A DNA stretch of 20,000 bases from Candidatus Sigynarchaeum calidifontis. GTDB taxonomy: Archaea; Asgardarchaeota; Lokiarchaeia; Sigyniarchaeales; Sigyniarchaeaceae. Shown here piece by piece: positions 1 to 6,871 of this stretch (positions are counted from its first letter, which is position 1; each line of letters opens with the position of its first letter). The notes below the pieces were generated by a model. That model was not told the DNA's origin. It made no database searches and saw only the letters and a list, made by a program, of their open reading frames with translations. Location of the stretch: contig JAUQYZ020000102.1 in the NCBI GenBank assembly GCA_030587475.2, positions 3,204-23,203 of the forward strand, given 5' to 3'. The position numbers were made by a program, and so were the translations under genes.

Positions 1-118
1 TCCACGTTTTATTAGACCCGTTTCGGGTTACGTTTCCGTACCAAACGCTATCACTTTCGACGGACGCTGGCATATTGTTCCCCCGGGACACGATGGTGGG
101 CGGCATGTTAATCATAAC

Positions 119-123
119 AAAAA
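119..123 (-). terminator. Possible oligo-T terminator downstream of the tRNA gene
   Basis: On the minus strand a T-rich run (CTCTTTTTG) follows about 17 nt after the tRNA 3' end; oligo-T runs are typical archaeal terminators. Confidence 0.35.
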
Positions 124-139
124 GAGAAGGAAATGGGTA

Positions 140-241
140 TGCTCCCGGTGGGATTCGATCCCACGACCTACGGTTTTCTTAATTCTTGAGTGGAACAAGG
201 CCATATAAGACCGTCGCTCTACCAGGCTAAGCTACGGGAGC
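140..241 (-). tRNA. tRNA-Ile with anticodon UAU, containing a 28-nt intron (176..203) at position 37/38
   Basis: Minus strand: acceptor GCTCCCG/CGGGAGC plus discriminator A; D-arm GCTT-AGCCTGGTA-GAGC; anticodon stem ACGGT/ACCGT; T-arm GTGGG-ATCGAAT-CCCAC. The anticodon loop is interrupted. The precursor shows a 4-bp central helix CTTA/TAAG flanked by 3-nt bulges TAT and AAA, which gives the spliced loop CTTATAA with anticodon TAT (205..207). CCA is not encoded. Confidence 0.9.
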
Positions 242-405
242 ACCCTGACAATCCTGGTGAATATCGTTAGCCACGCGGTGTTCGTTCAAGGCCAATTCAC
301 GCACCCGCCATATCCCCGGCCGGGCAATCCTTGGCACGTGGGAACGAGCCACGCATGCTCGAAAAATGCGAGGAAAAATAAAAGCCTTTGCCACGATGCC
401 TACGG

Positions 406-822
406 TTAATTTGACGAGGCTGCTTCGACCTTTTTTATGCTTTTCTCGAGTGCCTTGACGAGCCGGGGCTCGCTGATGAGATCGTGCTCGATGGCGCATG
501 CCAGCCGGTGCTTCAAGTCCTTGTCGTCGAGTTCGAGCACCTTCGTGAAAAATGTTTCCAACAAGTGGTGCATCTCGAGCACCTTCATTGCCAGGTCGAG
601 CCCCTTGGGGTTCAATCGAACGCCCAGGCGCTTCTTGTACTCGATGAGCCCTTCCTTCTGGAGTTTCACGAGAAATTCGGTCACCGATGGTGGTTTGACC
701 TTCATGGCCGTGGCTATCTCGATATTGCTGATGAAGGTATCCTTACCCTCTTTTTCCTTTGTGATGCGCAGGATGACTTCGAGGTATTCCTGGTAATTTT
801 GATTGAAAATCGTCTTGTCCAT
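406..822 (-). CDS. DtxR/MntR-family metal-dependent transcriptional regulator (HTH plus dimerisation domain, no FeoA-like C-terminal domain)
   Basis: 138 aa; NYQEYLEVILRI...NIEIATAMKVKPPSVTEFLVKLQKEGLIEYKKRLGVRLNPKG winged HTH followed by HHLLETFFTKVLELDDKDLKHRLACAIEHDLI, typical of the DtxR metal-binding/dimerisation region. Confidence 0.85.
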   Translation of the reverse strand: MDKTIFNQNYQEYLEVILRITKEKEGKDTFISNIEIATAMKVKPPSVTEFLVKLQKEGLIEYKKRLGVRLNPKGLDLAMKVLEMHHLLETFFTKVLELDDKDLKHRLACAIEHDLISEPRLVKALEKSIKKVEAASSN

Positions 823-845
823 TTACAGCCCCCGAGATGTCCGAT

Positions 846-861
846 TCGGAGGTATCCGAAA
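846..861. promoter_or_regulatory. Candidate operator: perfect inverted repeat TTCGGA-GGTA-TCCGAA upstream of the DtxR-family gene
   Basis: Perfect 6-bp arms with 4-bp spacer, 24 nt upstream of the start codon at 822; a TATA-like ATATAA lies at 888..893, which would put the TSS immediately beside or upstream of the repeat. Confidence 0.5.
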
Positions 862-933
862 CAAGTTATTCCATAGCGAGACGGAGATATAAGGTTTCGA
901 CCAGAGAAAAAGAAATGCTTCTCTCGGAGCCGA

Positions 934-1911
934 TCATGGTGACTTGACCCAGTCGACGTCGAACCGGCAATAGCGCATGTTCCGCCTGCGATTGTTGTAG
1001 ACGAGGTGAAACAGCCCGTCCGATCCGATGATGATGGCGGGATAGGAGAAATGGCCGTCAGCATCGTCGCGCTCGATATCCTTCACGACAGGCCAGGTCT
1101 TGCCCTCGTCGGGCGAATACGCGATGTTGAGACAGCGCCGGTTTTGTGCCATGCTTCCGAGACGAGGGTTGTTGTTCCAGACGAGCACGATCTCGCCCTT
1201 GTCCGTGCGCACGAAATCGAGAGCAGAATTTGGATTTTTGAAGGGCAGCGCTTCACCGGGTGTCCAGGTCTCGCCGAGATCCTTGCTCGTTGATCGATAC
1301 ACGTGGTTCATGTCAGTGCGAAGGAATGCCAGCAGCGAGCCGTCCGAGAGCCGCGTGATGGCCGGCTGCTCGTTATTTCCCTTGGGCAAGACGATATCCC
1401 CGGACACGTGGAACGTCTCGCCGTCCACGGTGATCAAGATGTTTGAAACGCCCCGGGGGAACCGCACGTTCCCACCGGGAACGAGCAGCCGGTCACCCAG
1501 GACCAGCGGCTTCGTGCGCACGACGAACCCGCGCCGGCCAACGACGAGCCTGGCCTCCGACCACGTGCGGCCGAAGTCCGTGGATGTCTTGAGATAGAGT
1601 TTCGTGTTAAACCACGGGAACAAGGGAAAATGGATGACGTCGTAGAACATGTAAAGCTTCCCCTTGTACCAGGCCAGCACGGCGTTCCCGTCGGGCAGCT
1701 TCGGCGTTTTATGGATGAGGACGGGCTTCGTCCACGCGCCGCCCTTCATCGACTTCCACGACGCCATGAGGCCGACGGACGGGTGTGCCTCGTTCTTCCC
1801 GGCATAGTAAACGACCATGAGCTCGCCGTTCGGCAACTCCTGGATGACCGGGCAATGGCAGTGGGGATGATCGGGGTCGTACTCGAAGATGGTCTCGCGC
1901 TCGAAGAGCAT
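934..1911 (-). CDS. Sialidase/neuraminidase-like protein (BNR/Asp-box repeats)
   Basis: 325 aa; three Asp-box-like motifs STDFGRTW, SKDLGETW and SPDEGKTW, and an overall beta-propeller-like composition. No obvious signal peptide. Confidence 0.8.
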   Translation of the reverse strand: MLFERETIFEYDPDHPHCHCPVIQELPNGELMVVYYAGKNEAHPSVGLMASWKSMKGGAWTKPVLIHKTPKLPDGNAVLAWYKGKLYMFYDVIHFPLFPWFNTKLYLKTSTDFGRTWSEARLVVGRRGFVVRTKPLVLGDRLLVPGGNVRFPRGVSNILITVDGETFHVSGDIVLPKGNNEQPAITRLSDGSLLAFLRTDMNHVYRSTSKDLGETWTPGEALPFKNPNSALDFVRTDKGEIVLVWNNNPRLGSMAQNRRCLNIAYSPDEGKTWPVVKDIERDDADGHFSYPAIIIGSDGLFHLVYNNRRRNMRYCRFDVDWVKSP

Positions 1912-1948
1912 TAGTCTTGCACCATGAAAGTTGTTTGGCAGATGGTAC

Positions 1949-2683
1949 TTATTTCTTCTTGCGGAGCTCGTCGATGCGGTTTCTTGGGGCGATCTTCATG
2001 GGAATGGCGGGGCCGCGGGCGACCATCACGGCCACGAACGCCGCGTTCATGACGTAGAACGAGATGAACGAGAAAAACTCGGGGATCCCGTCGTTGAGGC
2101 CGAGGCTATCCGCGTAATCCGATGATGCGAAGATCCAGATGGCGACGTTCGACGCGAAGAACACGAGGTACGCGATGGCCCACTTGCGGGCTCCGTGGCG
2201 GTCACCCCACCATTCCCAGATGAATAAAATGCAAGCAAAGCCAGCCGCGGCAAAGAAGGTACCAGACTGGGACAAGTGATATCTAAACGTGATGTCCTCG
2301 TCCGTGAGGATGCCGGCGCCGATGAGCCCGCACGCGGCGATGATCATGAAGCAGAACGCGTTCCGCGCCTTCTTCTGCCCCGATACGTGCGAGCCGCGCG
2401 CGAAGATCGCGTACATCGGGATCAACGACGTGGCGCCGAGAACGTAGGCCGCGTTGAAGGCGGGCTGGCCGAAATATCCTTCCGAGCCACAAGCAAGGCT
2501 CTGGCGGCCGAGGCGGCTCAATGTATGCGCGACGAGGCTGAAATCCGGGTACATGCACATGGCGACGACGAGGAGCAAGAACGACAAGCAGAGGCCGGTG
2601 GTCGCGAGCAAGGCGACGAAGCGGGTGACGAATTCCTGGGTGATAAGTGGTATCATTGCTACACGAGACGTTGATTCCGACAT
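1949..2683 (-). CDS. Multi-pass membrane protein of unknown function (DUF998/Frag1-like appearance)
   Basis: 244 aa with about six hydrophobic segments (FVALLATTGLCLSFLLLVVAM, NAAYVLGATSLIPMYAIF, AFCFMIIAACGLIGAGIL, TFFAAAGFACILFIW, WAIAYLVFFASNVAIWIF, FFSFISFYVMNAAFVAVMVA) and a basic C-terminus. Confidence 0.65.
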   Translation of the reverse strand: MSESTSRVAMIPLITQEFVTRFVALLATTGLCLSFLLLVVAMCMYPDFSLVAHTLSRLGRQSLACGSEGYFGQPAFNAAYVLGATSLIPMYAIFARGSHVSGQKKARNAFCFMIIAACGLIGAGILTDEDITFRYHLSQSGTFFAAAGFACILFIWEWWGDRHGARKWAIAYLVFFASNVAIWIFASSDYADSLGLNDGIPEFFSFISFYVMNAAFVAVMVARGPAIPMKIAPRNRIDELRKKK

Positions 2684-2748
2684 GATTGTACATAATTACG
2701 ACGCCGGCATAGAAAAGGCTGGTCTTGCCCCGCCTTCGCGGCGACGAT

Positions 2749-3309
2749 TCACGCTCGCACGATGTTGTATCGGGCGCGCGCGAGTATCGCAGTCAAGTGC
2801 TTGCCGTCTTCCATCTTGTGAGCTATGAGTGCGTGGAGCAAGGCCGCGTGAGCGGCCATCACGAAACCGGAGACCTTCAGATCGAGGGCGATGATCTTTC
2901 GTTCCATCGCGCGGAGCAGCTCCAACAGGTCTTGCCTCGCGGGCACGAACCCCTCGCCGCGAGCAAGACCACCCTCGCGCAGTGCCGCGATCAAGCGGTC
3001 GGCGCGGCCAAGCAGATCCTGGCACACGTCGTCGAACCCGGCCGATCCTTGCTCTGTGCCTGGTGCGAGGGTGGGTGGCACGTATTCGACACCGGTGACA
3101 ACGTGGCGAGGCTCCCGACCTTGCTGGCTTGCTTTCGGGTCGACGGTCGCCAGGTGGTCGTCGATTGCCTGGATCTTGGCCAGCAACTCCTCCTCTGCCT
3201 TGCTCGGCTTGGGAATGAGCTTGATGATGCCCTCATCGGTCTCCATACCGAGCATAATGCTCAGTTCGTGCGTGCCAGCGAAGGGATAGAGGCCCGCGTG
3301 GAGGATCAT
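2749..3309 (-). CDS. Hypothetical protein, helix-rich; the start may be an internal Met (MLGMETDEG)
   Basis: 186-aa ORF with soluble-protein composition and acidic/basic helical segments (KPSKAEEELLAKIQAIDDHLATV, DLLELLRAMERKIIALDLKVSG). Competing antisense ORFs have low-complexity Arg/Ser-rich translations. Confidence 0.55.
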   Translation of the reverse strand: MILHAGLYPFAGTHELSIMLGMETDEGIIKLIPKPSKAEEELLAKIQAIDDHLATVDPKASQQGREPRHVVTGVEYVPPTLAPGTEQGSAGFDDVCQDLLGRADRLIAALREGGLARGEGFVPARQDLLELLRAMERKIIALDLKVSGFVMAAHAALLHALIAHKMEDGKHLTAILARARYNIVRA

Positions 3310-3351
3310 ACCGAACGGGAGGAGATATTCGATGCGCTCGAAGGGCGGCAG

Positions 3352-3612
3352 CTATTTCTTGGTGAAAATCGTGACGGCACGCGTCGCCTTGCCAACCTTG
3401 AACGCATCCGTGCCCTGGAACAACCAGAAGCCAAAGAGCAGCACGGCGGTGGCCACGGCCGCGGGCACCTGGATGGCGATCCATGGTTCAACGTGCAATG
3501 CAAAGACGATGGCAAGGGACACCACCACGTCGACGATCACGGGTGGCGCGACGCTGGAGAGGTTTCGCGTTCGCCTCTGGGTGAGGACGAGGAGTTCGGG
3601 GGGTGTCCGCAA
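3352..3612 (-). CDS. Small putative membrane protein (TTG start)
   Basis: 86 aa with two hydrophobic stretches (VIVDVVVSLAIVFALHV and IQVPAAVATAVLLFGFWLF); ends 42 nt upstream of the next minus-strand ORF. Confidence 0.5.
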   Translation of the reverse strand: MRTPPELLVLTQRRTRNLSSVAPPVIVDVVVSLAIVFALHVEPWIAIQVPAAVATAVLLFGFWLFQGTDAFKVGKATRAVTIFTKK

Positions 3613-3748
3613 TGATCTCGTAATTTTTCATGAGTAGGACCACCCGTCCAATTCGTGCTCGCGAACTTGATGTTAGCTTGAGATTAAGAAGCTATCATTG
3701 TAATAGCCCGGTGCCAGATTACAACAGAAGCGAAGACTATTTCTATCG

Positions 3749-3778
3749 TGATTATCTATAGTAATCATGGTAACCATG
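3749..3778. promoter_or_regulatory. Palindromic region at the start of the VapB-like antitoxin gene (TGATTA-N7-TAATCA and CATGGTAACCATG)
   Basis: Two adjacent inverted repeats: TGATTA(3749-3754)/TAATCA(3762-3767) and CATGGT-A-ACCATG (3766-3778), overlapping the first start codon. Confidence 0.4.
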
Positions 3779-4036
3779 GCAACTACAGTACAAATCCAAT
3801 CCTCGACAAAGGAGGAGTTACTCGTTATCAAGGCCCGGCTTGAGGAACAGACAGGAAAAAAGTGCACGCTGGACGACGCGATACGCTGGTTGATCGAAAA
3901 GGCGAGGAGCCCGCCATTTGAAAACCGTACATCTGTTGCTGGTGAAATATTTGGATCGATCACGGATCTCGGGATCACCATCGAGGATTTAAAGGAATTG
4001 AGGCGGCAGGAGATCTCCCGTGTTGCGAAGTTTTAA
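3767..4036 (+). CDS. VapB-like antitoxin of a type II toxin-antitoxin module
   Basis: 89 aa, small and charged: TVQIQSSTKEELLVIKARLEEQTGKKCTLDDAIRWLIEKARS (ribbon-helix-helix-like N-terminus), immediately upstream of a PIN-domain gene. Confidence 0.7.
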   Translation: MVTMATTVQIQSSTKEELLVIKARLEEQTGKKCTLDDAIRWLIEKARSPPFENRTSVAGEIFGSITDLGITIEDLKELRRQEISRVAKF

Positions 4037-4043
4037 CCAGGTC

Positions 4044-4511
4044 ATGGGCTCCACCGTCGTGCTCGACACAAGCTTGCTCGTGGAGTTTCTCATGGGAACC
4101 AAGACGGGCGCCGTCTTGGACGTGATGGTTTTCAAAAACCCGTTCATCACGTCGGTCCTTCTGAACCCGTTAGCTTTGATCGAGATATATTATATTATCC
4201 GCAGGAAAAGCACCCCGGAACGTGCTCGCGCTGAGGTAAACAAGATCCGGAAGATTGTCCAGATCGTTTCATTGGAAGACTATTTAGAGATCGTCGGGGA
4301 ACTGAAAGCAACGACGAGCATCGCCCTTGCAGATGTTGCTAGCATCGCTCTCGCCGAGTATAAAGACGTGAAAGTACTCTTCAAGCATGAGGAGGAGATC
4401 GATGAAAAACTCGAACATCATAGTTCCGACGCGTTTATCCGGCGGATCGTCTTCATCGAGGACTTCCCTTCTTACAAAGAGATCGAGAAGAAATTCGAAA
4501 AGAAGCCCTGA
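4044..4511 (+). CDS. VapC-like PIN-domain ribonuclease toxin
   Basis: VVLDTSLLVEFLMG N-terminal PIN motif, NPLALIEIYYIIRRK, and TTSIALADVASIALAEYKDVKVLFKHEEE with acidic residues in PIN-like positions. ATG at 4044 fits the domain better than the upstream GTG at 4020. Confidence 0.8.
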   Translation: MGSTVVLDTSLLVEFLMGTKTGAVLDVMVFKNPFITSVLLNPLALIEIYYIIRRKSTPERARAEVNKIRKIVQIVSLEDYLEIVGELKATTSIALADVASIALAEYKDVKVLFKHEEEIDEKLEHHSSDAFIRRIVFIEDFPSYKEIEKKFEKKP

Positions 4512-4572
4512 GAACGAAGAGCACGCATGCTATCAAGGGAGAGCATTTTTACCACAGCGGGTGTTCTGTCCA

Positions 4573-4791
4573 ATGCTCATGAAACAAAAAGAGAGAAACG
4601 CCCCGAAGGAATCAGCACAGTTCTTCGCTTGGTTCAAGCACGAATCCGAGGCATACTGGAAGGACATCAAGTTAAAGAACGAGATCTACGGCTTCCAGAT
4701 CCAAGCGGGAACCCGGTGGAATCTGGGGCCTTCCGACGACGAAATCCTCAAGTACGAGAAGGACATGGGCCCCTACGCGTCGGACTTGTAG
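4573..4791 (+). pseudogene. Fragment resembling the N-terminal part of a SMI1/KNR4-like domain protein, prematurely terminated
   Basis: MLMKQKERNAPKESAQFFAWFKHESEAYWKDIKLKNEIYGFQIQAGTRWNLGPSDDEILKYEKDMGPYASDL* resembles the beginning of SMI1/KNR4 domains (..SDEEI..YEKELG..) but stops where the domain should continue. Confidence 0.4.
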
Positions 4792-4898
4792 GCGTTCCTC
4801 CTTCACGATGCCTTCCACGATGTCGCCCAGGAACCAGGGCTCCCGGAGGACATCCCCGTGAAGTTCTGGCTCGAATGATCGGCGGGTACCCGGCCCCG

Positions 4899-5156
4899 TC
4901 AATTCTCGCAATAGGAACATCGCGTGTACTTGCCGCACGCGTTGCACGCGATCTCGTAATCCCAATAGACATCGCCCGAATGGTAGGCCACGCACCACTG
5001 CGCGGCGATCACGAGCACGTCGTCGCTGCCGCAACTGCCGCATCCCGAAAACGAGATGAAGCGCGCGAGCGGGTGGTCGTCTGGCCTGATGCCCGTGCCC
5101 GTGTACCAGTCCTGGTGGAACGAGCTGCTCAAGTCCTCGTCGATGGCACTTGGCAC
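4899..5156 (-). CDS. Small cysteine-rich, probably zinc-binding protein (or C-terminal part of an interrupted gene)
   Basis: 85 aa, GTG start; FSGCGSCGSDDVLVIAAQWCVAYHSGDVYWDYEIACNACGKYTRCSYCEN contains CxxC...CxxC and CxxC spacings. The overlapping longer ORF 4672..5259 looks like a shadow translation. Confidence 0.5.
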   Translation of the reverse strand: MPSAIDEDLSSSFHQDWYTGTGIRPDDHPLARFISFSGCGSCGSDDVLVIAAQWCVAYHSGDVYWDYEIACNACGKYTRCSYCEN

Positions 5157-5360
5157 CTACAAGTGGGTCTTGTAATCGGCAGGAACGAAGACGGGGGACG
5201 AGGATGTCCTGGTGTCGACCATGGGTTGTCTGGCATCGATTCGAGGACAAGCTAGACAAGAAAGAAACGCAATATTAATCTGGCATTTTTAACAACGCGA
5301 GACTCATTTTTAAAACCATTTTGGAAACCCGTATCTCCTCGACCGGCATGCTTGTTGTCA

Positions 5361-5370
5361 AGGTATTAAA
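5361..5370 (+). promoter_or_regulatory. Possible TATA/BRE element for the enoyl-CoA hydratase gene
   Basis: AGGTATTAAA about 25-30 nt upstream of the ATG at 5394, compatible with a short or leaderless transcript. Confidence 0.25.
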
Positions 5371-5393
5371 GGGGACACGTCGATTTACGATCC

Positions 5394-6251
5394 ATGAGCG
5401 CGGACCAACAAAAAACAGAGCCATCGCCAACGCCCGCCGAAAAAATCACGTACGCGACGAAGTCAGCGGGGCGGATCGCCTACATCACGCTGAACAACCC
5501 CGCGAAGCAAAACGCGATCGATCGCGACATGATCATGCGGTTCTTGGAATTCCTTCGCGCCGCGGACAAGGACAAGAAGGTTAAAGTCGTCGTCATCAAC
5601 AGCACGGGGGAGCGTGCTTTTTGCGCGGGCTGGGACAACAGCATGTTCACCAACAGGCAAGGCATGACGCTCGACGACACGAAAAAGCTCTTGCTCGTGC
5701 ATGGACGTGACATCGCGAGAACCATCTTCTTCATGAAAAAACCCGTCGTCATGCAAATCCAGGGGCCAGCGATCGGGGCGGGCTGCATCATGTCGCTGGC
5801 GGCGGATTTCCGGATCGTCGCGAGAAAGGAGGGGCTGTATTTCCAGCTCCCCGAACTGCAAATCAACCTGCCGGGCGCGACGGGGCCGACCGTCAACTCG
5901 ATCGCGATCATGGGCCTTGCTGGCTCCAAGCGCATGATGCTCTGCAGCGACAAGATCGGGCTGGACGAGCTCGACAAGTGGGGCGCCATCACGAAGATCT
6001 GCGAGCCGGCCGACCTCGAGATCGAGGTAAAAAAGTTCTGCTTGAACCTGGTCGAAAAAAACCCGCTCTTGCTCTACACGCAAAAGGCCATGTGCAATAT
6101 CATCGGCATGGCAATGACCAGGGCGTTTTACGACCTTGAAAACGAGGTCGCGGACTATGCCTTCGCCAATCTCGGTAGTGACAACCCGCCCGACGTCGAC
6201 GAGTTCCTCCGCAAGATCTGGGCGAAGTACGGGCAAGGATCGCCGTTCTGA
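5394..6251 (+). CDS. Enoyl-CoA hydratase/isomerase (crotonase) family protein
   Basis: 285 aa; ITYATKSAGRIAYITLNNPAKQNAIDRDMI, GERAFCAGWDNS, IQGPAIGAGCIMSLAADFRIVARKEGLYFQLPELQINLPG, all classic crotonase-fold motifs. Confidence 0.93.
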   Translation: MSADQQKTEPSPTPAEKITYATKSAGRIAYITLNNPAKQNAIDRDMIMRFLEFLRAADKDKKVKVVVINSTGERAFCAGWDNSMFTNRQGMTLDDTKKLLLVHGRDIARTIFFMKKPVVMQIQGPAIGAGCIMSLAADFRIVARKEGLYFQLPELQINLPGATGPTVNSIAIMGLAGSKRMMLCSDKIGLDELDKWGAITKICEPADLEIEVKKFCLNLVEKNPLLLYTQKAMCNIIGMAMTRAFYDLENEVADYAFANLGSDNPPDVDEFLRKIWAKYGQGSPF

Positions 6252-6413
6252 TCGCGCCCGGGGAGATTCATTTCCACGAGATATGGCATTACAACATCAT
6301 CCCGGGCTGTCACGACCCGAGGATTTTTTATCGTGCCGGGCACATGTACCTCGCAAGGGAATGCGCATCGAGAAACGCGTCCTTCGCCAACAAGCGAGAC
6401 ACGGCCCGTCTAT

Positions 6414-6440
6414 CGTGTTCGGAAAGGGAACGGTTGTTAC
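6414..6440 (+). repeat. Left arm of a long inverted repeat (pairs with 6717..6743)
   Basis: CGTGTTCGGAAAGGGAACGGTTGTTAC; 25 of 27 positions are complementary to 6717..6743, with the first 20 perfect. Confidence 0.85.
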
Positions 6441-6716
6441 TAGTGCGCGTTTCCTTTTTTTTCCATTCCTCTCCTTTTTATGCTCGCTCGTGCATATGGT
6501 CAAGTTATCCGCCGAGGTCCAAGACAAGATTAAATATGCTCTGACATTATTCCAGCTCAGTCTCGCACTTAGCGAGAAACCGTAGTGCTCCACGCGCTTA
6601 GCGTGGTGGGGTTCTTGGAGCCCGTACAGTAAGCATCGATTCGTTGTCTCGAGTACTGCGTTCTCTAAGGCGCGGGAAAGAACAAACTGTCTCTCGGGAC
6701 GGTCAAAGACTCGATG

Positions 6717-6743
6717 GTAACCTCCGTTCCCTTTCCGAACACG
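6717..6743 (-). repeat. Right arm of a long inverted repeat (pairs with 6414..6440)
   Basis: Plus strand GTAACCTCCGTTCCCTTTCCGAACACG; reverse complement CGTGTTCGGAAAGGGAACGGAGGTTAC. Confidence 0.85.
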
Positions 6744-6871
6744 GTATTTCTCTCTTTTCTTGTTATCGCTTGTCAATTTGCTCCGCGTTAGGCTGCCATG
6801 GTGGTGAAGGGTACGTCGGCAGCAGTGTCGATGGATCTATACTAGACCGTTTTATAACACGACAAATTGCA

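Noticed and set aside
24-42. Small hairpin ACCCG-TTT-CGGGT near the left edge
   Set aside because: Only a 5-bp stem with no following T-run; too weak to call a terminator or ncRNA.
2725-3615. 296-aa plus-strand ORF
   Set aside because: Composition (many His, Gln, Glu-Gln stretches, no hydrophobic core pattern) matches an antisense shadow of the 186-aa and 86-aa minus-strand ORFs.
4527-5255. 242-aa plus-strand ORF and the overlapping 195-aa minus-strand ORF (4672..5259)
   Set aside because: Arg/Pro/Gly-rich or His/Arg-rich low-information translations typical of shadow frames in GC-rich DNA; better candidates occupy other frames.
5463-6236. 257-aa minus-strand ORF opposite the crotonase gene
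   Set aside because: Exactly antisense to strong enoyl-CoA hydratase coding sequence; the translation has no recognisable family motifs.
6715-6745. TTCCCTTTCCGAACACGG resembles the conserved 5S rRNA motif CCCATCCCGAACACGG
   Set aside because: No 5S-like flanking helices (acceptor-like stem, AAGTTAAG segment) are present on either side, and the same string recurs inverted at 6414..6440, so it is better explained as part of the inverted repeat.
6297-6776. 159-aa minus-strand ORF across the inverted-repeat region
   Set aside because: Basic, low-complexity translation with no domain signal, and both inverted repeat arms lie inside it, so it is more likely incidental.
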